DNA of 64,000 bases from Abditibacterium sp. (GCA_965199495.1 CBDASK010000003.1:2112001-2176000); one strand, 5' to 3'. Shown: positions 48,798 to 58,096, counted from the first letter of the stretch. Notes: a model not told the origin generated them from the sequence alone. Translations and numbers: made by a program.

Positions 48798-50036
48798 ATG
48801 AGTTCTCCTTTGATATACGTTTTAATTGGTGGTTATGCTGCCGTTCATGCCGCGCGTAACATTCGTGAGCGCGATTCGCGCGGACGCATCGTTTTGATCA
48901 ATGCCGAAAAGTGGGCGCCCTACGAGCGTCCGCCGCTTTCCAAAGATTTGCTTTACGACGCTGATTATAAGACTGAAAATACTTTTGCCGAACCGGAGAC
49001 ATTCTATCGCGAACATAATATCGAATTGCGCTTGAACACGAGGGCGGCTTCGATTGATCGGGAAAAATGCGAGATTGCCTTGGATGATGGCTCCGTTTTG
49101 GGTTACGACAAATTGTTGCTGGCGCCCGGATCGAGCGCCAAAAAACCGGATTTTGAGGGCGGCGATTTCTCGAATATTCGTGTAATTCGCACTTTAGATG
49201 ACAGCCTAACTTTGCGTGAGGAGTTGGGGCGAGTTGAGAATGTCGCCATCGTCGGTGGTTCTTATCTGGGCTTGGAAGTCGCATCGGGCGCCCTCAAAAT
49301 GGGCGCCAAACCAACGATTATTGATTCTAACGAGGGGCCGTGGAGCAAATTCGCCTCACCGGATTTGCAGGAGTTTTTGGTTGGCGAGTTTGAAAAGGCG
49401 GGGGCAAAGTTCGTGTGGAATCAACGCGTGAAAACTCTGGGCGGGGATAAAAACGGCAAAGCCAACGCGGTTCAAACGGACGAAGGGCCGATTCAAGCTG
49501 ACTTAGTTGTGGCGGCGATTGGCGCGACTTTGCATACCGAATTGGCGAAAAACGCGGGCTTAAAAGTTCACGAAAAGCATGGCATTGTGGTGGATGCGAC
49601 TCTTCGCACCGATGACCCCAATATTTGGGTGGCGGGCGATTGCGCGGCTTATCCCGAAGCGTTCGTTGGGACTTTGTGGCATAACGAGCATTATCGTAAC
49701 GCGCAGTGGCAGGGCGAAATCGCGGGCGCCAATATGGCGAGTGCAGACGATAAGGCCCAGAAGTTCGCGCGCGCACCTTACTTCTTTTCGGATGTTTTGG
49801 ATTTGCACATGATTTTGCGCGGCAACCCGGCGGGCGGCAAACCCGCGAAGGTTTTGGGCGATAGGAAGGCGGGCGAGTTCGCCGAATTATATGCGGACGA
49901 TGAGGGAATTGTCGCGATGGTCGTGATGATTTCACATGATAAACCTAAAACGCGCGCCGTGGCTGATAAATTGGAGCCTTGGTTATGGGAAAAGAAAAAA
50001 ATCGGAGACTACAACGCCGAAATGTTGGAATTGTAA
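48798..50036 (+). CDS. FAD/NAD(P)-dependent oxidoreductase (ferredoxin reductase-like)
   Basis: PYERPPLSK, YDKLLLAPG, VGGSYLGLE, IWVAGD and PYFFSD. The first Gly motif reads IGGYAA. Confidence 0.88.
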   Translation: MSSPLIYVLIGGYAAVHAARNIRERDSRGRIVLINAEKWAPYERPPLSKDLLYDADYKTENTFAEPETFYREHNIELRLNTRAASIDREKCEIALDDGSVLGYDKLLLAPGSSAKKPDFEGGDFSNIRVIRTLDDSLTLREELGRVENVAIVGGSYLGLEVASGALKMGAKPTIIDSNEGPWSKFASPDLQEFLVGEFEKAGAKFVWNQRVKTLGGDKNGKANAVQTDEGPIQADLVVAAIGATLHTELAKNAGLKVHEKHGIVVDATLRTDDPNIWVAGDCAAYPEAFVGTLWHNEHYRNAQWQGEIAGANMASADDKAQKFARAPYFFSDVLDLHMILRGNPAGGKPAKVLGDRKAGEFAELYADDEGIVAMVVMISHDKPKTRAVADKLEPWLWEKKKIGDYNAEMLEL

Positions 50037-50069
50037 TCCTGCGCTCTGACAACAAAAAACTTTTATCCA

Positions 50070-50329
50070 ATGAATAACATTTCCACAAACACAGCCACGG
50101 CGCACAAATTAACGAGAAGAATGTTGGCGAAACGAAGAAAACGTTTCTTATTTTGGTTATCGCCAAAAATCCCGAAGTCGAAGGGTTGATGAAAACCTTG
50201 CTCAAGGCTTCGGGATTCGAGTGCCAGTTCGCGCCGCAGGGCGGATTGGGTTTATCTATGTTCGAGAATAATCCCGCTGATCTGGTTCTGAATTCGACCG
50301 AATTGCTGAGGTCGGTTGAGCGAACTTAA
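50070..50329 (+). pseudogene. Probable remnant of a receiver-domain gene
   Basis: The frame from 50120 reads ...FLILVIAKNPEVEGLMKTLLKASGFECQFAPQGGLGLSMFENNPADLVLNS..stop. The ATG at 50070 is out of frame with it. Confidence 0.45.
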
Positions 50330-50330
50330 T

Positions 50331-51209
50331 TCAAGCTGGATGAACGAGTTGGTTCCATAACGTAAGCGGCGAATTGCAAGATAGCCCCGCGAATTGAGCG
50401 TCGCCAACTTCAATAACGATCCAGCGCAAATCTTCGCGTTGGCCGATGTCAACGGCGATGTAAGGCACTTCAAGTCGCCGGGCGGATTCGAGCGCCAGTG
50501 CGCGCACGGCTTGTTCTTCGGCGTGGCTGAGTGCGGATAGTGAATCTTCGCCGGGCCAATAATAGCCCACACTGAGAATTCGATTGTTCAAAACGAAAAC
50601 GCGATATTCGCGGCCCAGAGGAAAATCTTGGTGCGAGCGCGTGTGGCGCAGTTTCGCCAATTCGCGCGCAATGACGCGGCCCCGCGCGCGGTTTTCCAGC
50701 GACCATAAATGGGCGGATAATTCATTTAACTCGGCTTCGTTATTGGCGACGCACGCGCGCCAGCCGCGCGCTTTGCGCGATTGAACGGCACCTTTGAGGA
50801 ACATCGGAAAACCGATTTCTCGCGCTGCGCGGTTGCAGTCTTCGGGCGTCCACATCGTCAGGCTGCGCGGCGTTAAATCCTCGATGAACGGATAAGCCAC
50901 GTCGAACTCCTGCGCGCGTTGATGTTGGTTGGGCGCGTTGAAAAGGCGCACGTTTTTGGCGTTGGCGGCCTCGTGAATCGCGCGATAACGCGCGGCGTCG
51001 GGAATATAGCCAAGCCAAATTGCGGGCGTTGGTTGCGATTGAGCCGGGATATGCCAGAGCGCGTTTTCGGCGGTTTCGCACTGCGAGAAGTCGGGCGCGA
51101 TGGTGAATATGTGCGCGCCCGCGATGCGCGCGGCTTCGAGACTGCGCGCGATGTCGTCGCGCGACGAAGAGGCCGCGAGCAGTTGTGGGTCTTCAGCGAG
51201 TAAAATCAT
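50331..51209 (-). CDS. ATP-grasp domain protein (DUF4343-like)
   Basis: FPMFLKG, REYRVFV, AVDIG and WIVIEVGDAQFAG. Confidence 0.78.
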   Translation of the reverse strand: MILLAEDPQLLAASSSRDDIARSLEAARIAGAHIFTIAPDFSQCETAENALWHIPAQSQPTPAIWLGYIPDAARYRAIHEAANAKNVRLFNAPNQHQRAQEFDVAYPFIEDLTPRSLTMWTPEDCNRAAREIGFPMFLKGAVQSRKARGWRACVANNEAELNELSAHLWSLENRARGRVIARELAKLRHTRSHQDFPLGREYRVFVLNNRILSVGYYWPGEDSLSALSHAEEQAVRALALESARRLEVPYIAVDIGQREDLRWIVIEVGDAQFAGLSCNSPLTLWNQLVHPA

Positions 51210-51292
51210 TGAGTTGGAAAATTTGCGCGCGTTTTGGGCGCCGGGTTTGCGGTGATGGGGCGCACTCTCCATTTTAACGAGTAGGAAAAATC

Positions 51293-51742
51293 ATGTTGAA
51301 CGAACAAAAAATTAACGATAATATCAGTATCGGCGGCGCCCTGCGCGATGGCGATGCGCAGGATTTAGAAAATCGCGGCTTTAAAACCGTGGTGAATTTG
51401 ATGATGCCCGAAGAATCGAGCGACGGCGAGGAGGAACTCGTCAAAGGCGTCGGCCTGACCTACGCACCGATTCCGACTTCGCCCGCGACGCTCGACGATA
51501 TTACCGTCGCGCGCTTTTTACAGGCCATCGAAAGCTCCGAGGGGCCGGTGGCTGTTCATTGCAAAGGCGGCGGGCGCGCTGGTTTAATGACCCTCGTCGC
51601 GTTGGCCATCGAACACGGTTGGTCGCTCGATCAGACTTTTGAAGAAGGCGAGAAAATGGGCATTAAAATCGAAGCTAAGTCGCCCTATCGCAGCTTTTTT
51701 GAAAGTTACATCAAACGCCATTCGGCGGGCGAACGTTCGTAA
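51293..51742 (+). CDS. DUF442 / PTP-like (Cx5R) phosphatase or sulfurtransferase
   Basis: GFKTVVNL and PVAVHCKGGGRAG. Confidence 0.85.
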   Translation: MLNEQKINDNISIGGALRDGDAQDLENRGFKTVVNLMMPEESSDGEEELVKGVGLTYAPIPTSPATLDDITVARFLQAIESSEGPVAVHCKGGGRAGLMTLVALAIEHGWSLDQTFEEGEKMGIKIEAKSPYRSFFESYIKRHSAGERS

Positions 51743-51872
51743 AGGAGCAAGGAACAAGTGGCAGGGAGCAAGAATCTCGGTGGATTAAGGTTTATCGGGG
51801 TTGCGATTCCAGGCAGTCAGCAAACCGTAGCGCGCCAAAATTCTTGTCCCTTGTTCCTTGCCACTTGTTCCC
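51743..51872. repeat. Inverted arrays of degenerate heptamer repeats
   Basis: AGGAGCA AGGAACA AGTGGCA GGGAGCA AGAAT ... ATTCT TGTCCCT TGTTCCT TGCCACT TGTTCCC. Confidence 0.8.
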
Positions 51873-51874
51873 TA

Positions 51875-53371
51875 TCACATGACGCCGCGACTTTTCATGT
51901 TGAGATAGCGATTCACTGTCGCGACTGAAAGTTCGCGGGCCTCGACATCCAAAATACCGACACCAAAAGCGCGCAAGTTTTCCAGCGCGCTTTCGCGTTG
52001 ATTGAGCATACGCCTCGCCATCGCTTTTTCGTAAAGTTCGCCCGGCGTTTGCGGAGTTTGCGCGGCTAAATCGGTCACGTCACGATTGTTGATCGTCACA
52101 CACAAAGCGTTATGATGCCGCCGCAAAGCCGCCGACGCGTTGAGCAATTCGCGTGAGGCTTCGGGGTCTATGATGTCGGTGAACGTCACGATTAAGCTGC
52201 GACGCAAACGGCGCGTCAGCAGATATTCGTAGGCGACTTGATAATCCGGCTCGACCAGCGACGGTTGCGCGCCATACAGAGCTTCGATAATTTGGCCGGT
52301 TTGGATGCGGCCTTTGCGCGGCGGCAGATAATTGAGAACCGTATCGGAGAACAAAAGCAAGCCGACGTTGTCGCCCATCGAAGCCGAAACGTGCGCCAAT
52401 AAAACCGTGGCGTTAATCGCGCAATCGAGCTTGGAAAGCGGCGTTTCGATGACGGGCGCGGTCATGCGTGGCGCTTCTCTTCCCCAATCCTCGTCCGCTG
52501 TGGCTGCTGTTTGGGCGATGGGAATTTCGGCTTTGGAACTCGCCATCGAAGTCATCATGCGCCCGCAATCGAGACAAATCACGACGGTTTGATCGCGCTC
52601 GATTTCGTAGTTGGTCGCGATGAGTTTGCCGCTACGCGCGCTCGCTTTCCAGTTGATGGACTTGAATTCGTCGTCGCTGGTGTAATCGCGCAAACTCTCG
52701 AACTCTGTTCCGCGTCCGCGCAGTTTGAGCAAGTGCAGACCAATGTCGCGCATTTTGCCTTCGCGTAGCGCCAATTCGTAGCGGCGCACGCCAGTCGTAT
52801 CGGGATAAACGCGCGCGCCGTCGCCTTCGGTTTGACGTTTGAATTGGCGAAACCATAAACCGAGCGTTGTGCCATAACGCCCGGATAAATCGCCGAAACG
52901 GAAGTCGCCGCGCCGATTGGGCGTGAGCTTATATTGGCCGCTTTCTTCGTCTTGCGTTTCGAGTTTGAGCGTCGCGCGCGGCAATGGCGGCAAAGGCACA
53001 TTGTCCTGAAATCGCGGCAGCTCGTCCGTAGCCACGGCGAAGGAGTCGGGCACTTCGTCGCGCACGATAAGCGTGGATTTCTGGCGCGACTGGCTGCGCG
53101 CGTGCAACGTGACGACGTTGGGCACGCCCAAATTCATCTTCGGCTCGAACGTGCGCCAGACCTCGAAATCGGTGGGGCGAGGCGAAAGATAAACGTCGGC
53201 GACGGCAATCGCCAGCAAAGCCAAATCGTAGACGATAGCGAGCAAACGAAAGCCGGGCAACCATGCTGAAACCAGCCACAATACCGCGCCCAATCCGACG
53301 TAAATCGCCAGCCGGGGCGAGGGCAAAATCGAGTTCCACAGTGCGCCGAGCGCGAGAAGTAAACGTTTCAA
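51875..53371 (-). CDS. DUF58 (vWA-like) MoxR-associated protein
   Basis: RRGDF.FG, VYP, GTEFESLRDY..DE...INWKASAR, LDCGRMM and VTFTD. The start is uncertain. Confidence 0.9.
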   Translation of the reverse strand: MKRLLLALGALWNSILPSPRLAIYVGLGAVLWLVSAWLPGFRLLAIVYDLALLAIAVADVYLSPRPTDFEVWRTFEPKMNLGVPNVVTLHARSQSRQKSTLIVRDEVPDSFAVATDELPRFQDNVPLPPLPRATLKLETQDEESGQYKLTPNRRGDFRFGDLSGRYGTTLGLWFRQFKRQTEGDGARVYPDTTGVRRYELALREGKMRDIGLHLLKLRGRGTEFESLRDYTSDDEFKSINWKASARSGKLIATNYEIERDQTVVICLDCGRMMTSMASSKAEIPIAQTAATADEDWGREAPRMTAPVIETPLSKLDCAINATVLLAHVSASMGDNVGLLLFSDTVLNYLPPRKGRIQTGQIIEALYGAQPSLVEPDYQVAYEYLLTRRLRRSLIVTFTDIIDPEASRELLNASAALRRHHNALCVTINNRDVTDLAAQTPQTPGELYEKAMARRMLNQRESALENLRAFGVGILDVEARELSVATVNRYLNMKSRGVM

Positions 53372-53492
53372 ATTTGGGCCTTGTTCTGCGCTTGCAGTTT
53401 GGGCGAGATGTGCAGTTAAAGCAACCAAAATCACGGGTTGTCAAGTCGGATCGGTTCTGATCTAATATCTTTAGAAAAAGTTTTCGCCCCTT

Positions 53493-55382
53493 ATGAACAA
53501 AGCCACTCAAATAGTCGCGCCCGCCGAAATCAGTTATGAACAGTTTTGCGGGCAGTGGATCGCCGATGTCAAAGCGGTTTTTGCGCCCGACGAAAAGCCG
53601 GCGGGAAAAGAGTTGCGCCGCGAGACCATCGCCCAACTTTTGCGCGACGGTTTGAACAACGATTTCGGCGACGAAGAATTGGTCTGGATCGAAGACGGTG
53701 CGGCGGGCATTGACGCTTATTTCTGGGACAACGACGAAGAGGACGCGCCATTGATGCGCGTTGTGCGATTTCTGCTGTCCGCCGATTTGCCAACGGATGG
53801 GCGCGCCGTGACACGCGAAATCAGTGCGCTTTGTAACCTGCTCAACGAAGCGCCCGCGAGTGGCGAATTGGAGCCGTTATTAGATTTCTGGCGCCGCCCC
53901 GAAGCGAACGCGCGTTTGGTCGTGACGTTCGTTTCGCCCAACCAATTGCCTACAAAAGAACGCGACGCTTTGCCTGATGCGGCGGCGATTCTGGCGTCGA
54001 ACGCCAATTTGGAAACCAGCGTCGAAACGATTTCGCTTCACACGATTTACACGCGCGATTACGTGGACATCAGCGTCGCCGTCCCGCTTCGCGTGCGCGG
54101 CGAGTTGGACGCGGGTTTTATTATCGGCGCGGTTTCGCTGCCCGATTTGTATGAGTTTTTGAAGGAATTTCGCGGCGCCCGCGGCGACTTAGATTCGCTT
54201 TATGATAAAAACGTGCGCGTTTTTCTGGGGCGCAACGGCAAAACTAACAAAGGCATCTCGAAAACTCTGCGCGAAGAGCCGGAAAACTTCGGGCTATTCA
54301 ACAACGGTTTGACAATCGTGGCGCGCGCGATTGAAGCGGGCGAAAACGGCGCGTTTGTGTTGACCGATCCAGCTGTTGTCAACGGTTGCCAGACGACACG
54401 CACGCTGTGGGACACGCTTTCCGAGCAGTTGCGCGCGCCGGTGGCTACTGATGTCGAACTGATCGAAAAGCATCGCGATTGGCGCGCGCGTTTGGAAAAG
54501 GGCAGCGTCGCCGTGAAGATCGTGCGCGTCGCGCCCGGCGAAGACGAAAGTCTGGACGAAGACGACGCTTTGCTGGGCAAAATCACGCGTTTCACCAACA
54601 CGCAAAACACGGTTCAGGAAAAAGATTTCATCGCGCTTGACCGCGACTTTCGGCGCTGGAAACGCGAGTTAGCGACGCGCGGCGTGTTTTTGGAAATTCT
54701 GCGCAACGAGGGCGCGCGCCAGAAAGTTCGCCAGAGCAAGCGCGGTTATCAAGGCACGCATTACGAGCAAATCGCTAAAGCGTTTGAACTGCTCAAAGTT
54801 TACGGCGCCGGTTGGATGAACGAGCCGGGCGCGGCGTGGAACAAAAACGCGGCGTTCGTGCCGCCGCGCGGCAAAATTTTCCGCGAAATTATGCGCGACG
54901 ACAACGCGATGGCGGGTGACGATTTTTTAGCCGCGTTGTATCTGCAAAATGCGGGTTTCGAGCGCTTTTTTGGTCGGCGCGGCAACGCGGTGCCCGACGC
55001 ACGCAAGCTGACCAAACATCTGTTTTATCGCACGACGGTGGAACTGACGCGCCGCGTGTTAAAGCATTTCGATTTGCCCGCCGAGCGCGGCGATTGTTCG
55101 CGGGCACTGTTAAAAATTCATAATAGCCGCGACGATTGGCGCATTTTTGTGGATTATGCAACTGATGCGATTGACGATTATATGAAGCGCGACGGCGATT
55201 ATTCGGTGCAGCAAGAGCCGATTTATAGCGGCGATTTCAACGCGTTTTTCAAGCGCGAAGATTTGGCGAAATCGCAGGGCAACTATCCGCAATTGTGGAG
55301 TTTGTGGAATTTGACTGAACGTTTGATGGTGCGCAATAACGAGGCGTTCGCCGGACGATTGGAGAAGTTGCTGCGCGATTGA
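53493..55382 (+). CDS. AIPR family protein
   Basis: NVRVFLG, FGLFNNGLTIV, VVNGCQTT and TNTQN.V...DF. Confidence 0.85.
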   Translation: MNKATQIVAPAEISYEQFCGQWIADVKAVFAPDEKPAGKELRRETIAQLLRDGLNNDFGDEELVWIEDGAAGIDAYFWDNDEEDAPLMRVVRFLLSADLPTDGRAVTREISALCNLLNEAPASGELEPLLDFWRRPEANARLVVTFVSPNQLPTKERDALPDAAAILASNANLETSVETISLHTIYTRDYVDISVAVPLRVRGELDAGFIIGAVSLPDLYEFLKEFRGARGDLDSLYDKNVRVFLGRNGKTNKGISKTLREEPENFGLFNNGLTIVARAIEAGENGAFVLTDPAVVNGCQTTRTLWDTLSEQLRAPVATDVELIEKHRDWRARLEKGSVAVKIVRVAPGEDESLDEDDALLGKITRFTNTQNTVQEKDFIALDRDFRRWKRELATRGVFLEILRNEGARQKVRQSKRGYQGTHYEQIAKAFELLKVYGAGWMNEPGAAWNKNAAFVPPRGKIFREIMRDDNAMAGDDFLAALYLQNAGFERFFGRRGNAVPDARKLTKHLFYRTTVELTRRVLKHFDLPAERGDCSRALLKIHNSRDDWRIFVDYATDAIDDYMKRDGDYSVQQEPIYSGDFNAFFKREDLAKSQGNYPQLWSLWNLTERLMVRNNEAFAGRLEKLLRD

Positions 55383-55469
55383 TTCTCGATTATAGGGCAG
55401 GGCGTGGCTGCATTGGCTTAGGAAAACAGGGGTGAACTTTGGCGTCCAAGAAGCATCTAATTTCTCGCT

Positions 55470-55913
55470 ATGAAACTTCAAAAATCCAAAGCCACGCTTC
55501 TCGTCGCGGGCGCGCTGGTATTCAGCGCGGGCGCGGCCAGCGCGCAATTAGGCTCATTAGGCTCGATTCTCAAAATCGGCGGCACCGCTTTAATCGTCAA
55601 ACAGTTCGGCGGCACGATTAATAACGTTCTCGACAAAGTGACTGGCCAGAACAAGCTCAGCGACGAAGGTATCGTCACCAAAGTCGTGCCGGTTTTGTCG
55701 GCGGGTTCGCGCGGCGCCATCGGCATCGTGCAGGTGGCTGGGCCGCGCGAACAAGTGGATCGGGTCAAAGCCGTCGCGCAATTGCAAACGCAAGTCAAGG
55801 CTTTGAGCACGTTGCAGGCGCGCATCTTAATTCCGATTGACGCCGATAATTTGACGCATATCAACCGCGTTTCGGGCGTCGGTGTCAGCGCCATTGTCGA
55901 TATTAAGTTGTAA
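55470..55913 (+). CDS. Secreted hypothetical protein
   Basis: Signal peptide (ASA/Q), TKVVPVLS and IGIVQVAGP; typical codon usage. Confidence 0.75.
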   Translation: MKLQKSKATLLVAGALVFSAGAASAQLGSLGSILKIGGTALIVKQFGGTINNVLDKVTGQNKLSDEGIVTKVVPVLSAGSRGAIGIVQVAGPREQVDRVKAVAQLQTQVKALSTLQARILIPIDADNLTHINRVSGVGVSAIVDIKL

Positions 55914-55919
55914 AATTCG

Positions 55920-56036
55920 GTTCACACAAAGATACAAAGTTCACACAAAGAATACAAAGGGTTTGAAGAGAATTATATTTTTATCTTCTTCAAACCCTTT
56001 GTATTCTTTGTGTGAACTTTGTATCTTTGTGTGAAC
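55920..56036. repeat. Perfect 50-bp inverted repeat of the CACAAAG-unit family, a probable terminator
   Basis: Arms at 55920-55969 and 55987-56036; each arm has an internal tandem of GTTCACACAAAGA(A)TACAAA. Confidence 0.9.
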
Positions 56037-57461
56037 TCAATGCCCGTGTTGGGTCGCTTCGTGATAACCGGGTTTATCGTGATAGAAAAACGTCACCCAA
56101 ATCGTGAACGCGGTCATAATCGCGGCGATAACTCCTACCCAGAATAAGCCAATGGTATCAACCAGCAGATAGACGTTGAGTGCCGCGATGATGGTGCAAA
56201 CCAGATAACCGATGATTTTCGTCGGCAGATTGTTGACGAATTGGCCCATGCGATTTTTGTCCGAAGTAAACATCATCAGCGGGAAAATCGCGAACGAGAG
56301 TTGCATCGAAAGCACGACCTGCGAGAGAATCAGCAATTGAACCGTATTCTTGCCGCCCGATGCCGAAATGAGAAACAGCGCGGGAATAATCGCCAGACCG
56401 CGCGTAATCATACGACGTAACCACGGCGCAATACGAATGTTGAGGAAGCCTTCCATCACGATTTGTCCGGCCAAAGTTCCGGTAATCGTCGAAGATTGGC
56501 CCGACGCTAAAAGCGCGACGGCGAACAATGTGGAAGCCAGCGATGCGCCCATCATGGGCGAGAGTAGTTTGTAGGCGTCCTGCAGTTCTTCGACATCGGC
56601 GTGCGCCGTGCCGTGAAAGACCGCGCCCGCCAGAACCAAAATCGCCGCGTTGACGAAAAACGCTGCGCCCAACGCGACAATCGTGTCCCAAGTGTTGAAC
56701 TTGATCGCCTGCCGTACGCCTGCGGGCGTTTTATCGGTGTTGCGCGTTTGCACCAGCGACGTATGCAGATAAAGGTTGTGCGGCATCACCGTCGCGCCCA
56801 GAATGCCCAGCGAAACGATGAACGCTTCTTTGTTGGGAATCGAGGGGACTAAACCAGCAGCCACGTCGCCCCACACGGGTTTGGCGAAGAAGATTTCGAC
56901 GCCAAAACAAACCGCAATTGTGGCGACGAGGGTAACAATAATCGCCTCAATTTTGCGGAAGCCAAAGTGCGTCATGCCCAAAAGCAGCAACACGTCGAAG
57001 CCGGTGATTAAAACTCCCGCCATCAACGAAATGCGTCCGCCCGACAGCAAGTTCAGCGCGACCGCCGAACCGATAACTTCGGCTAAATCGCAGGCGACAA
57101 TCGCGATCTCACATAAAATCCACAAAACAATCGCCGCTGGCTTTTTGTAATAATCGCGGCACGATTGCGCCAAATCTTTGCCGGTCACCAGGCCGAGGCG
57201 CGCGCACAAAACTTGAAGCAACATCGCCATTAAGTTGGAGGCCAAAATGACCCACAACAGCGCGTAGCCATATTTGCCGCCGCCCGCGAGGTCAGTGCCC
57301 CAGTTGCCCGGATCCATGTAGCCGACCGAAACCAAATAGCCCGGCCCGGCAAAAGCCAAAAACCGTTTGATCCAATTGCTTTTTTCAGTCGAAATGCTGC
57401 GATAGGCTTCGGGCAACGAAGGCGCCGCGTTTTCTTTTTCTTTGAATTCTTGTGTTGCCAT
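56037..57461 (-). CDS. mntH: Nramp-family Mn/Fe transporter
   Basis: GYMDPGNW, GATVMPHNLYLH and SSTITGTLAGQIVMEGF. Confidence 0.96.
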   Translation of the reverse strand: MATQEFKEKENAAPSLPEAYRSISTEKSNWIKRFLAFAGPGYLVSVGYMDPGNWGTDLAGGGKYGYALLWVILASNLMAMLLQVLCARLGLVTGKDLAQSCRDYYKKPAAIVLWILCEIAIVACDLAEVIGSAVALNLLSGGRISLMAGVLITGFDVLLLLGMTHFGFRKIEAIIVTLVATIAVCFGVEIFFAKPVWGDVAAGLVPSIPNKEAFIVSLGILGATVMPHNLYLHTSLVQTRNTDKTPAGVRQAIKFNTWDTIVALGAAFFVNAAILVLAGAVFHGTAHADVEELQDAYKLLSPMMGASLASTLFAVALLASGQSSTITGTLAGQIVMEGFLNIRIAPWLRRMITRGLAIIPALFLISASGGKNTVQLLILSQVVLSMQLSFAIFPLMMFTSDKNRMGQFVNNLPTKIIGYLVCTIIAALNVYLLVDTIGLFWVGVIAAIMTAFTIWVTFFYHDKPGYHEATQHGH

Positions 57462-57476
57462 TATTTAAATTCTCGC

Positions 57477-58049
57477 TCACGAACTGCCGAACGCGATGCC
57501 CACGCCCAGCACCAATAATCCGCCCAGAACGACTTGAACGACCGATTTCCAAAACGGCGTTTCCATGAAGTGATAACGAATCCACGCGATTAAAATCAGC
57601 TCGACGCCGACAACTCCGTAAGCCGCCAACAGCGCGACGTGCAAACTGGGAATCAAGAATGGCAACGTATGAAAGATGCCGCCGAAGAAAGTCGCCACGC
57701 CGCAAATAATGCCGCGAATCGTTCCGCTTCCGCGCCCGGTTAATTCGCCATCGTCGCTCAAACCTTCGCTCATACCCATGCTGATGCCCGCGCCAAGCGA
57801 CGTGGCTGCTCCAATCAAGAACGCCGTGTGCGGATTGCCCGTCGCATAGGCCGTCGCGAAGAGCGGCGCCAAAGTCGAAATCGAACCATCCACTAAACCA
57901 ACCAGAGCCGGTTGCACCACGCGCAACACGAATTCGCTACATTTGCCATCGGGCGCGACTTGACAATCGCGCACGCCCAATTTGTGTAACATCGAACAGC
58001 CCGCGTGGCGCGGTTCGGGCTGAATGACGGGTAATTCTTGAAGACTCAT
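57477..58049 (-). CDS. VIT1/CCC1-family membrane protein (like the C-terminal domain of MbfA)
   Basis: VQPALVGLVDGSISTLAP, GAGISMGMSEGLSDDG and HTLPFLI. Confidence 0.85.
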   Translation of the reverse strand: MSLQELPVIQPEPRHAGCSMLHKLGVRDCQVAPDGKCSEFVLRVVQPALVGLVDGSISTLAPLFATAYATGNPHTAFLIGAATSLGAGISMGMSEGLSDDGELTGRGSGTIRGIICGVATFFGGIFHTLPFLIPSLHVALLAAYGVVGVELILIAWIRYHFMETPFWKSVVQVVLGGLLVLGVGIAFGSS

Positions 58050-58078
58050 TTCGGTTGTTATGGACGCTCTAATTTTTG

Positions 58079-58096
58079 ATTTAGCTCCGACTAAAT
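58079..58096. promoter_or_regulatory. Putative DtxR/MntR-family operator
   Basis: Palindrome ATTTAG-CTCCGA-CTAAAT about 30 bp upstream of the VIT-mntH operon. Confidence 0.55.

Noticed and set aside
49945..50205. 86-aa minus-strand ORF and nearby DnaA-box-like 9-mers
   Set aside because: The ORF has no protein features and overlaps the oxidoreductase end; the boxes are mismatched and only two.
55920..56036. Possible mini-CRISPR from repeated GTTCACACAAAG units
   Set aside because: The units are adjacent and inverted with no unique spacers, and there are no cas genes.
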